From: Mobula hypostoma | Lineage: Eukaryota | NCBI RefSeq assembly: GCF_963921235.1 | Contig: NC_086118.1 | Coordinates: forward strand, 28,212,001-28,276,000 | DNA length: 64,000 nucleotides | Reading direction: 5' to 3' | Shown here: positions 52,419 through 64,000 of the stretch, one piece after another | Numbering within the stretch: the stretch's first letter is position 1 | How the letters are laid out: each line of letters opens with the position of its first letter | Position numbers and translations under genes: made by a program | Notes under the pieces: generated by a model | Told to the model about the DNA's origin: nothing | The model's input: only the letters and a program-made list of their open reading frames with translations | Database searches by the model: none

Positions 52419-52724
52419 TAGGATCCTGTCCATTTGTTCCCAATTCCAGAAACACTCTCATTGAACCACTTCTGCGAAAGAGATACTATTTGAGGCTTTT
52501 ACAAGCATTTGATGTCATCTGCATTTGATTTCCCAACAAAGAAGTCCATCTCCTTTCTGGAATCTATTGAGCCTCTCATTATCTGAGAGGTGTTTGTGCA
52601 GCAGACTGGAAGTGAAAGGCAGAACTTCAGCTGGGAGATTGGAAACTTATTGGAAACTTATTCCAAATAGTAGTTTGGAAGCTCGGAGGCAAGTACTGCT
52701 CAATAACGCCTCCACACATGCTCT

Positions 52725-53080
52725 TTGGGTGGCATGGTGGAGGCATGTAGGGTGCTCCTTCCCTCCACTAACCTGTATGTCACCCATGGGCAAGGTACAG
52801 AAGCTGCTTAGCCCCCTGATTAGGGTCACATGAAGCCATGGGTACAGATGGTGGATAGTTGTATGAGCCACCAGTGCATGTAACAGTTCTTGGTTATGTG
52901 ACCACGGACACCAGGCAGACAATCCCTGAAGAGCATTGATAACGGCTGGGGTCACCTGTTTTGTAAAGCCAATACCCAGAAGAAGGCAATGGCAAACTAC
53001 TTCTGTAAAAACTTTGCCGAGAGCAATCATGGTCATTGACCATGATCACCCATGTCATACAACATGGCACATAATTATGA
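52725..53080 (+). mobile_element. RTE-dependent SINE-like element
   Basis: GAAGGCAATGGCAAACTACTTC...TTGCC block typical of RTE/Bov-B bipartite SINEs; the 3' end translates TMITHVIQHGT*, like an RTE ORF end. Confidence 0.6.
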
Positions 53081-54184
53081 AGACACATGCTCTATCAGCT
53101 GAATGTCTCTACTAGGTATGTTTTGATATGCTCCATAAATCTTGTGCAGGACAGAAATTTTCCATTGCGTATGGTTTTGATTTTGATTACATTTTTTTGA
53201 CTTGACAAGAGCAAATGCAGTCAAATAATGGGATGTGTGGTGCTGGCTGGAGTCCAAAGTCATGTTGAGGTTTTATTGAGATTCATGGGTATAAAGTTGG
53301 AAAATCGATACCAGATACTCATCATGTTAAATCTGGCAGAGGATCTATAACTCCAGTAATAGATTTGTACAGAAAGATTTATGAAGCAAAAAAAAACATT
53401 ACTTTTCTTATAACTTTGGCTTACTTTAACAATTTTTGAAAATTTTGTGTGTGAGCTGTAATTTGTTTTTAATTTTCTAATAAAATTTGATAGCTTTAAA
53501 AATATAATTCACTTAATTTTTAATGATTGTTAAATGTCTTTGAATCCAAAAGAAACTTAGCAAACTGCTAAAATCAATGATTAACTGACAATTGTATGAA
53601 TCTGTAGCTAATTAACCTTCCAAAGCAACTTTAGCTGACAGTGACCTCAGTTAACAGTGTTTTGGATTTACAGAAATTTGAGGTTATCAACAGCTCTTGG
53701 TAACCACCCTTAAATGAACAGTTCTCCTGCACAGAGAAAGATGATTGAGGCAATTTCTGTGGGCCAGCACCAGTCAGTTCCCAATGGTGCCAGACTAGAC
53801 AATTTCCACTTGTCAAAATAATCTAAGCTTTATTAAAATGAAAGTTGCAGCTTACTAACAAATTCTTTACTCTGTAGGTAGGTACAAAAGGGAGCAAGAT
53901 GTACTGAATCCTTAATGAGACAATTTCAACACTAAACTGAAAGGAATGGACTTTTCTCTGCATTCAACTCAGTGTTAAAAATCCCTTCCCTGATTCCAGA
54001 TTGCATCAGTAATTAATTCTAGGCAAAGCTCCCAGATGGTCATGTCCACTGAGCTTCATAAAGATAGAATCTGCACAGTGTACGTTTAGAGATGATTGCT
54101 GAAGGTGGCGATCGATTTTCAGGGCATGAAAATTCATATTTGACTTTAGGGTGTTTCCCACTTTCCAGAAAATGTTAATGTTAA

Positions 54185-54545
54185 TTAATGGCTCCGTCTG
54201 TCTAAGTAGACAATGGATGCACCCGGTTCCGGGGTGCAGACCTGGGTGATGAATATGGAGATCCTGGGCTGCCCAGACATCAAGATCCCCCTCTCGGCCT
54301 CATGTATGTGGTCCAAAGGAATGCAAAGCAGTACATTTGGCATCAGCTTGGCTGCAGGAGCTGCCAGGAGGTGACATAATATGTCATCCAACCGCCTTAG
54401 GGGCTTCACTCCGGATTTGTGTAGGGTTTACTCCTTAGCCTTCTCTTCTCCCAAAAATGTCTACAAGGCGGTGGGATCTGTAACCCCCTGGATAGGGGCC
54501 CAAACCGGGTACTGTCGGCCGGGGCCAGCTGAGCCGGGACTCAAG
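54185..54545 (-). mobile_element. LINE-derived non-autonomous element (Vingi-like, from recall)
   Basis: GC-rich island with GGAGTAAACCCTACACAAATCCGGAGTGAAGCCCCTAAGGCGGTTGGATG; no ORF. Confidence 0.4.
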
Positions 54546-55375
54546 TCCCAAAAATACTAATTTTCAGAATTTTAAAATTCCAGAAAATACTAAATTTGTT
54601 GTTTCATATGCTGCATCTTTGAGAATCAAAGCATTGATTTATTCAAAAGACAGCTGCAATTAATCTCAAAGCAAATACATTTTTGCCTTAGTCAACAGCT
54701 GGGCATGTCCTGGAAGGAAATAAAGAGCAAAAGGTATATTTTAGCATGTTGAAAATAACTACTGTTTGGATAAATAGTAACTCAGTAAAATAGTTGCTAC
54801 TTGAAAATTGTGTATCATAAACTAGGGAAGGAAGAAAATCTGCGGTTGTCCCTTTTGTTTAAACTATCTGAATGAGCTTAAAATCTCTAAACACACAAAA
54901 CACTGGAGGAACTCAGCAGGCCAGGCAGCATTTATGAAAAAGAAAGTACAGTCGATGTTTCCAACCGAAACTCTTCGGCAGGACTGGAGAAAAAAAGCTG
55001 AGGGGTAGATTTGAAAGGTGACGGGCGAGGGGAGAGAAACGCTAGGCGATAGGTGAAACTTGGAGGCGGGGGAATGAAGCAAAGAGCTGGGAATTTGATT
55101 GATGAAAGAAAGAACAGAGGGATGGGGAGCACCAGAAGGAGGTGATGGGCAGGCAAGGAGATGAGGTAGGAGAGGGAAAAAGGGATCGGGAATGGTGAAG
55201 GGGAGGGGGTGGAGGCATTACTGGAAGTTTGAGAAATTTGTGTTCATGCCATCAGGTTGGAGGCATATAAGGTGTTGTTCCTCCAACCTAACTGTGGCCT
55301 TATCCCGACAGTGGAGGAGGCCATGGATGGTGATATCAGAATGGGAATGGAAAGTGGAATTAAAATAGGTCCTGC

Positions 55376-55475
55376 AACACACATCAAAGTTTCTGGTGAA
55401 TGCAGCAGGCCAGGCAGCATCTATAGGAAGAGGTACCGTCGACGTTTCAGGCCGAGACCCTTCGTCAGGACTGAT
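55376..55475 (-). mobile_element. 100-bp PLE-end insertion nested in a PLE
   Basis: 16-bp TSD TTAAAAT(A/G)GGTCCTGC (55360-55375 and 55476-55491); contains a hammerhead core. Confidence 0.8.
55438..55471 (-). ncRNA. Minimal type I hammerhead ribozyme motif
   Basis: GUC-CUGACGA-AGGGUCUCGGCCU-GAAAC-GUC-GAC. Confidence 0.7.
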
Positions 55476-56899
55476 TTAAAATGGGTCCTGCTTGTTCTGG
55501 CAGACAGAGTGTACACGCTCAGCGAAGCCATCTCCGAATCTACGTCGGGTCTCACCGATATACAAGAGGCCACACTGGGAACCACCGAACACAGTATATG
55601 ACCCCTATAGACTCACAGGTGAAGTATTGCCTCACTTGGAAGGACTGTTTGGGGCCCTGAATGGTAGTGAGAGAGGAGGAGTAGGAGCAGGTGAAGCACT
55701 TGTACCGCTTTTGGGAGGGAGATCAGCGGGGAGGGATGAATAGCCAAAGGAGTCGTGCAGGGAGCGATCCCTGCGGAACGCGTGGTGGGAGGATGGGGTA
55801 AGAACAGACATGCGGGAAGCTCCTTTCTTTGAAAAAGGAGGACATCTCCTTCGTTCTAGAATGAAAAGCCTCATCCTGCGAGCAGATGCCATGGAGACAG
55901 AGGAATTGAGAGAAGGGGATGGCGTTTTTACAAGTAGCAGAGTCGGATGAGGTATAGTCCAGATAACTGTGAGAATCTGTTGGCTTATAATAGACATTGG
56001 CGGGTAAGCTGTCTCGGGAGATAGAAATAGTCAGCTCGAGTAAGGGAAGGGAAGTGTCAGAAATGGACTAAGTGAATTTGAGGGCAGGGTGGAAGTTGGA
56101 GGCAAAGTGGATGAAATCGACAAGATCCACATGGGTGCAGGAAGCAGCACCAATGCAGTCCTCGATGTAGCGTAGGAAAAGTGCGGAACTGTCACCAGTG
56201 TAGGCTTGCAACATAGACTGTTCCACGTAGCCGACAAACAGGCAGGCATAGCTGGGACCCATGCGAGTGTCCATGGCTACCCACTGCTTTTTTTTTATTT
56301 CTAGTATCTGCAGATTTTCTCTTATTTAAAATCTCTAAAGTCTGCCTTTAGATTTGTAGATTGTTGTGATTGGATTAAGTGGCCTTCACTTTGGCTTTTC
56401 AACTTTCTGATTGATTTAAATAATCTTCAATACTGCCTTTCTGTTTCATGACTGGTGGAAATTAGATCACTTTCTGTGCATGTTCATTGCTGTTTGAATG
56501 GAGTAGTTATTATTTTGATTCCTTTAGGGAGAGAAAGATTCATTGATTTGACTGTGAAATGATAATATACACACAAACTATGAAAATTACCAATAGGTTT
56601 AATTTTTTACCAATTGCCTAGACATTGTGATTAACAGCTTTAAACTTTTGTCAGTTGTCTAGACAATTTGATCAAGCTAGTTACACAAATAGTCAGTTCT
56701 AAATTCCATATGAGCAACACAGCAACCACCTCAGAACACCAGTCAACCACTTCTTGTTGCATGTGCACCAGTCTCTGTTGCTAATGAACTTTTTTTGCAA
56801 AACCCTAAGCACTGTGGTCCTCAGAAGACACAAAAATTGATTGAAAGTGCCAGGTCAAGTGAAACTCAATCAAATGCCCCCAGCAGAAAGCAATCATTG

Positions 56900-59800
56900 A
56901 CTCGAAGTGGCTCCATTTTGCAAGGACGAGGAAAGGGAAGCGAAAGGGGAAAGGAAGGAGAAGGGAGGTGGAAGACTTTATGTGTATGCATGAATCGCTG
57001 TTCGGAAAGGTCTCTAATTACATACAAGCAAGTACTGTTGACCATGTTCTAAATCATGGCCTGTCCATGCCTGGGACTAGTCTAAAGGGGAAGCCTAATG
57101 CGCCACATTCATATTTGACATCAATTATTCAGACATACAGGAATGAGAATCAGTAAAACACCACATAGCAAATTTACACCTGCATGCTACATAACTGAAT
57201 TTGACGCCCATGTATAAAACAGTACAGTTTTCCCTCTATAGTAAATGTCCTCAGTGGAAATATACTTGCGTCTTCATAGAAGAGAAAGAAGGCCTCAGCT
57301 GGTAGACAAGTGAAGGTGTTCAATGCTGGACAAGAGGCGCCAATTGAACAGATGGTGCTAGCGAATAATGCCATATGCTTGGGTGAAATACAGACAGCTG
57401 TAATTGCAGACCGTACCATCTTCCCAAATATTCATACCGTCAGTATATTGGCAATTGGTAGGATGTTGAAACATTACCACATCGAAATAAAACAAACCTA
57501 CAGAGTGCCCTTTGATAGAAACAATGATAAGGATAAGGAAATGAGGTATCAGCATGTACAGGTAAGTTGTCAACATCATATGTGTAGGTTTTATAAAGAA
57601 GTATTGTATTCCTTTTCATATGCTCTTCCACATGTTTCACTTTGCCTTCTCTACTGTGGTTACAGAGGATATTGAAGCAGGAAACCAATGTAATTCCACA
57701 TAAATTCTTCTACATTGATTAAACTGGCTTCAATATGTCTAAGACATAGAGGCAAGGGAAGAATATGGTCGGGCAAAAGGTGACAGTCCAGGTACCATGC
57801 CAGAAAGGTTCAAACATCACCATGTGTGCCATATCATATACCATATCAGAAATGATGTTCTGACATATATCCCACTGATTGGGACATATATCACCCCACA
57901 CTTTATCACATTCCTTAGAAAGAAACATAGAAACATAGAAAATCCTACAGCACAATACACGCCCTTCAGCCCACAAAGCTGTCCCGAACATGTCCTTAGC
58001 TTAGAAATTACCTAGGGTTACCCATAGCCCTCTATTTTTCTAAGCTTCATGTACCTATCCAGGAGTCTCTTAAAAGACCCTATCATATCCGCCTCCACCA
58101 CCATCGCCAACAGCCCATTCCACGCACTCACCAATCTCTGCATAAAAAACTTACCCCTGACATCTCCTCTGTACCTACTTCCAAGCACCTTAAAACTGCA
58201 CCCTCTCATGTTATCCATTTCAGCCCTGGGAAAAAGCCTCTGACTATCCACACGATCAATGCCTCTCATCATCTTATACACCTCTATCAGGTCACCTCTC
58301 ATCCTTCGTCACTCCAAGGAGAAAAGGCCAAGTTCACTCAGCCTTTGCTCATAAGGCATGCTCCCCAATGCAGGCAACATCCTTGTAAATCTCCTCTGCA
58401 CCCTTTCTATGGTTTCCACGTCCTCTTGTAGTGAAGCGACCAGAACTGAGCACAGTGCTCCAGCTGGGATCTACCAGGGTCTTATATAGCTGCAATGTTA
58501 CCTCTCGGCTCTTAAACTCAATCGAACGATTGATGAAGATCAATACATCATATGTCTTCTTAACCACAGAGTCAACCTGCGCAGCGGCTTTGCGTGTCCT
58601 ATTGACTCGGACCCCAAGATTCCTCTGATCTTCCACACTTCCAAGAGTCTTACCATTAATACTATATTCTGCCATCATATTTGACCTACCAAGATGAACC
58701 ACCTCACACTTATCTGGGTTGAACGCCATCTGCCATTTCTCAGCCAAGTTTTGCATCCTATCAATGTCCAGCTGTAACCTCTGACAGCCCACCACACTAT
58801 CCACAACACCCCCAACCTTTGTGTCATCAGCAAACTTACTAACCCATTCCTCCACTTCCTGATCCAGGTCATTTATAAATATCTCAAACAGTAGGAGGTC
58901 CCAGAACAGATCCCTGAGGCACATCACTGGTGACCAACCTCCGTGCAAAATACGACCCGTCTACAACCACTCTTTGCCTTCTGTGGGCTAGCCAGTTCTG
59001 GATCCACTAAGCAATGTCCCCTTGGATCTCATCCCTCCTTACTTTCTCAATAAGTCTTGCATGGGGTACCTTATTAAATGTCTTGCTGAAATCCATATAA
59101 AGTACGTCTACTGCTCTACCTTCATCAATGTGTTTAGTCACATCCTCAAAAAATTCAATCAGTCTCGTAAGGCACGACCTGCCTTTGACAAAGCAATGCT
59201 GACTATTCCTTATCATATTACGCCTCTCCAAATGTTCATAAATCCTGCCTCTCAGGATCTTCTTCATCAACTTACCAACCACTGAAGTAAGACCCACTGG
59301 TCTATAATTTCCTGGGCTAACTCTACAACATCCGCAACCCTCCAGTCCTCCAGAACCTCTCCCGTCCCCATTGATTATGCAAGGATCATCGCCAGAGGCT
59401 CAGCAATCTCCTTCTCGCCTCCCACAGTAGCCTGGGGTCTATCTCATCCGGTCCTGGTGACTTATCCAACTTGATGCTTTCCAAAAGCTCCAGCACATCC
59501 TCTTCCTTAATATCTACATGCTCAAGCTTTTCAGTCTACTGTAAGTCATCCCTACAATCTCCAAGATCCTTTTCCATAGTGAATACTGAAGCAAAGTATT
59601 CATTTAGTACCTCTGCTATCTCTAGTGGTTCCATACACTTTTCCACTGTCACACTTGATTGGTCTTATTCTCTCATGTCTTATCCTCTTGTTCTTCACAT
59701 AATTGTAGAATGCCTTGGGGTTTTCCTTAATCCTGTCCACCAAGGCCTTCTCATGGCCTTTTTTGGCTCTCCTAATTTCATTCTTAAATTCCTTCCTGCT

Positions 59801-60305
59801 AGCCTTATAATCTTCTAGATCTCTATCATTACCTAGTTTTTTGAACCTTTCATAAACTCTTCTTTTCTTGTTTGAACCTTTCGTAAGCTCTTCTTTTCTT
59901 CTTGATCAGCTTGATCGACAACTCTTAGCAGCCGAGGAGGAACAGGATGCCAGGACCAATGGCCCTCTCTGTGTTATCATATGGGATGATATTTCTTTCC
60001 ACCACTCATATTCAGTAACAGATTTGATCAAACTCATGCACACGTGTCCATGGAATTCCTTCCACCATACTCCCTGTTTCTCAACCCTATTGAGGAGATG
60101 GAAGGTCTATGACAACCATCCTTATTACCAAATGCTGCTGGTGGACCCCATGACTGAGGCTTGTTGGATACTCACTATGTCAGTCTTCCAGAGCTGGATT
60201 AGGCATTCAAGGAGGTATTTCCCCTGCTGCATCACTAGGGAGCACATCCTATGTGATGTTGATGAATACAGGCTCAACATTAGGGACAGAATAGATCAAA
60301 TGTAA
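56900..60305 (+). pseudogene. Intron-containing IS630/Tc1 (ISRm11-like) DDE transposase pseudogene, split by a CR1
   Basis: VDHVLNHGL...IIQTYRNEN; MVLANNAI...KQTYRVPFDRN...RYQHVQ, then a GT-AG intron (57562-57665), then RIL...YID*TGFN...NITMCA. After the CR1: IIWDDISFH, PPYSLFLNPIEE, WKVYD, WIRHSRRYFP...CDVDE. Confidence 0.8.
57920..59903 (-). mobile_element. CR1 LINE, 5'-truncated, same subfamily as 25985-29285
   Basis: ORFs 59007-59297, 58349-58948 and 58018-58302; (TTCTATGT)n tail; ~31-bp tandem duplication at its 5' junction. Confidence 0.9.
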
Positions 60306-61261
60306 CCGTTGTATTTCTGTTATCAGGGATGTATGATTTGTTTCCCACAAAGGTGTGAGCAATTTTGTCTTTGACTTTCATGTAACAACAGGTAGTTGTT
60401 GTTGAGATAACAATGAAGACTGTGTATGTATCAATACTGGCTCATCAGGAATTAATTTTATTTTGTTTTGAAGGCATTTGGCTCCGTTCTTGGTCATCCA
60501 CCACAAACACCAATCCTGATTATTTACAAAAGCATTGGTTGTCAGCATCTGCACTACCACTTTGTAGCTTGTACCAAAATTTATTAATACTGATGAAAAT
60601 AATTCTTCCTTATCTCCCCCTGTGATGTATTTGTAAATGTGTTATGTGGTCAGAGAATGCAGTGATATTAACTTGCGCACTTTAGTTAACATCAAGTGTG
60701 GGATTTTTCTCTTGTCTACGTTGGAATACCTACACTTCCTTAGTTTGAAGTTTCTGTGTTCTGTAATTCTGCTTTGAAGTAAAACTTACCAGCACTTCAG
60801 CAAGTTCCTCCTCAGGATACATCACACATTCTGTATCTTTTGGCCCAAAGCCTTAAGTGCTTGTCATGAGACTATCCGTTAACAGTTACAGCTTTCCTTT
60901 GTTTGCAATACATAAATAAACAATATTCTTGTATTCCTCCCAAAAATCTTCCCTCAAACTCCTTTGGTCCAAAATGAACAACCCCAGCTTCTCTAACCTA
61001 ACAATAGAGCTCAAATTCCCAAAATCATTCTGGCAAATCTCCTCTATACTCTCTCAATGGCCTTTACATTCTTCTTATATTGTAATGAACAAAATTGGGT
61101 CAAATACTCCAGCCTAACCAATGGTTTACATTCAGCTTTACGTTTCTGCTTCCAGCTCTGGTTATGAATACCAAGCTCCCGAATGACTTTTTCCACTACT
61201 CTCTCATTATGTCTTGCCACCTCAATATTTAGCCAGTTAAATTCTTACCATTCCTTTCAAT

Positions 61262-61440
61262 TTCTTCCCACATCTTTAAGACATGCAAGTGGTAAGTTAA
61301 TTGGCTGCAGAAATGACTGTGAGTATATAGGAGAGCGATAGAATCTGGTGGAAGTTTATGGGAATTATAAAATAGATTAGTGCAGACTTAATATAAAAAG
61401 GTGCTTGATGATTGACATTGACTCAGTGGGTCGGAGGTTG
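61262..61440 (+). mobile_element. Degenerate HE1-like (V-SINE) remnant
   Basis: ttcccacatctttaagacatgcaagtggtaagttaattggc...gactcagtggg; recalled similarity only. Confidence 0.4.
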
Positions 61441-61819
61441 ATGATGTGTCTAAAGTGGTGGATGGGAAAAGTCTATAAGTGGTACTGACATGGATTTCCA
61501 TAGATTATTTGACAAAGTTCCTCCTATTAGCAAAAGAGAAAAATCATGAAATTAAAGGAAAATTATTGAGCTGCTAGGAAATTCACTAAAGAGGCAGGAT
61601 AAAGTGTTGGGTTAATAGATGTCTAGTGTGTCCTGCAGAGATCTGAATTGCGACTGACATTATTCTCCATATTTATAAGTGGAAGAGGCAAGTCAAAAAG
61701 ATACCAGAGAGTGTGCAGTATAGGAGGAGCCACTAAATTACAAAAGTATAGTTGTAGATTAAGTGAACAACAACATTGCGTAGGATTATCATTTTAAAGT
61801 ACCTTAAATGTTTTTCATA

Positions 61820-62550
61820 TTAGAACATAGAAATCTACAGCACATTACAGAGCTTCTGGCTCACAATGTTGTGCCGACCATGTAACCTACTCTAGAAACT
61901 GCCTAGAATTTCCCTTCCACACAGACCTCTATTTTTTTAAGCTCCATGTACCTATCTAAGAGTCTATTAAAAAACCCTATTGTATCCGCCACCACCACTG
62001 TCGATGACAGTGCATTCCACGCACCCACCACTCTGTGTGGAAAAACTTACCTATGACATCCCCCTTGTACCTACTTCCAAGCATCTTAAAATTGTGCCCC
62101 CCTTGTGTTAGACTTTTCAGCCCTGAGGAAAAAGCTCCTGGCTATCCACACGATCAATGCCTGTCACCTTCATCAGGTCACCTCTCATACTCTGTCACTC
62201 CAAGGAGAAAAAGCCAAGTTCACTCAACCTATTCTTATAAGGCATGCTCTCCAGTCCAGGCAACATCCTAGTAAATCTCATCTGCACTCTCTCTGTAGTA
62301 TCCACATCCTTCCTGTAGTCAGGTGACCAGAACTGAACACAGTACTCCAAGTGGGGTCTAACTAACGTCTTGTATAGTTTTAACAATACCTCATGGCTCT
62401 TGAACTCAATCCCATGGTTGATGAAGGCCATCACACCTTGCTCCTTCTTTACAATACTGTCAACCTGCGCAGCAGCTTTAAGTGTCCTATGGACATGGAC
62501 CTGAGGATTTCCCTGATCTTCCACACTGCCAAGAGTCTTACCATTAATAT
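61820..62550 (-). mobile_element. CR1 3' fragment
   Basis: ORF 62195-62524 ([19 protein letters not shown]...RFTRMLPGL); ttctatgtt tail. Confidence 0.85.
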
Positions 62551-63668
62551 TATATTCAAAATTCTCTTAAATTTTATTCACTTTTCTCTCAGTATCCAGG
62601 AAAAGACTCCAGTGACCTTCCATCAGCACTTCCTGAAAACAGCAACACTGGTTCACCAAAACTAAACCAGACAGATTATTCTGGAAGAGGTGGGAATTAT
62701 CCATTATTTGGTTATTTCACAAGTTCAATGTCTTTCATCAAGAACATAAGAAATCAGGGAATTGAATATTACAAATTATATGAGGAAACAAAGCAATGGG
62801 TTTAGCAACTTAAACATGGAAACAGCTAAAATTGTTCCTAATGCAGTGATTTAGTAAAGCTTTTATCCTTCTCAAGTACATATGATATGATTAATCTAGT
62901 CCATTGCCATTTGATAAATGATTTTTCTTGCAGAGTCAAGTCTTTAGTATATTTAATGACTGATCAGTTATGGAAAGTGACATCAGTTCCTGAGAAGCTG
63001 AAGAATTTTGCTTTAATATTATACTGGACTTTCCAATGAGGCAGCAATTACAGTGCCAGCGCTATTTTCCTTCAATGCCTCTAGCAATGGTGTTCAGCTC
63101 AGTAAGCAGTGTGGCTTAGCAGCTGCTAGCATTTGTGAGAAAATTGAATGTGGCCAGAAAGAATCCTGATCTGTGTTTCATAAGTATGCTGATACTTGGC
63201 AGGATTACCTTTTGCTGTGGTTTTAAGATGATCTGGCTCTTGAAAAAAGTTGCAAGCTGCTGTTTAGACTCTGAGATGCCAAGCTGTTTAATCAGTTTCT
63301 AAATCTGAAATTCATTGCAAAAAAGGCTTGTGTTGCACTGAGATCTGTTAAAAGATTTCCAGAGTTAGTTTGTTGCAAAGCAGGTTCTATCTTTGAAAAC
63401 TGGTGCATACTACCCAGCAGGACATTGCAAACTCATTAAACTTTTCAAACTCACAATGTAATATTGATTCTGTTCTACAATTGTTACTAAACCAATGCAT
63501 TTGAGTATAGAGAAAATACCATTTGATTGGGTAAAATAATAAAAATCCAATTAATTTGAATTATTGCACAAGATGTAAATTGGTTATCATGGATAATTTC
63601 CTCTGAAATGTATACTCTTTAGCCAGATGCCAATGTTTATAGCCTTTGACTATCAATTAGAGTATTGA

Positions 63669-63858
63669 ATTTAAAAATGCAAACACGAGGGAATCTGCAG
63701 ATGCTGGAAATTCAAGCAACACACCCAAAACGCTGGTGGAAAGCAGCAGGCCAGGCAGCATCTATTGGAAGAGGTACATCTAGGCCCGAAATGTTGACTG
63801 TACCTCTTCCAACAGATGCTGCCTGGCCTGTTGCATTCCACCAGCGTTTTGGGTGTGT
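63669..63858. mobile_element. PLE-end foldback mini-element
   Basis: 60-bp inverted arms (63719-63778 and 63799-63858, 3 mismatches), 20-nt loop; 14-bp TSD AATTAGA(G/A)TATTGA (63655-63668 and 63859-63872). Confidence 0.85.
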
Positions 63859-64000
63859 AATTAGAATATTGACCTCTCTCTCAATATTACCAATAATTTA
63901 TATACTTACAGGAGTTTTTGCACAATAAATAGAAAATATATGTAGTATCTCATGACTATGGTGGTAATCTGGAATTTGTTTAAATTACCTTTGTGGATTG

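Larger units (their letters stand above)
54892..56325 (-). mobile_element. Penelope-like element (RT plus GIY-YIG remnants), 5'-truncated, terminal segment inverted
   Basis: MDTRMGPSYACLFVGYVE...FLRYIEDC...FHPALKFT; perfect 14-bp TSD TTAAAATCTCTAAA (54878-54891 and 56326-56339). Confidence 0.9.

Overview
This window is eukaryotic, AT-rich non-coding DNA dominated by transposable elements (TEs). The repeat families (CR1 LINEs with octamer tails, Rex1/Babar LINEs, HE1-like SINE remnants, Penelope-like elements with hammerhead-bearing ends) point to a cartilaginous fish, probably a ray; that assignment is inference. I can support no host protein-coding gene, rRNA or tRNA gene, and every recognisable ORF is a disrupted TE remnant. 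The TEs are: several CR1 copies, several Rex1/Babar fragments, two RTE LINE fragments, two REL-endonuclease LINE fragments (Hero-like and R4/Dong-like), Penelope-like elements (PLEs) with minimal hammerhead ribozymes, a Gypsy 5' LTR-PBS-gag fragment, solo LTRs, SINEs, a Tc1-type MITE and an intron-containing IS630/Tc1 (ISRm11-like) transposase pseudogene. Many are nested and carry readable target-site duplications (TSDs). The most unusual structures are: (1) a TSD-flanked foldback unit built from two inverted LTR copies (45286-45967); (2) TSD-flanked 100-190 bp PLE-end mini-insertions and foldbacks, some with an intact hammerhead core; (3) a Hero-like LINE flanked by a ~75 bp duplication; (4) an isolated 34-bp near-perfect hairpin (7386-7460). 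Family names come from motif recognition and recall, not from database searches, and boundaries without a TSD are approximate.
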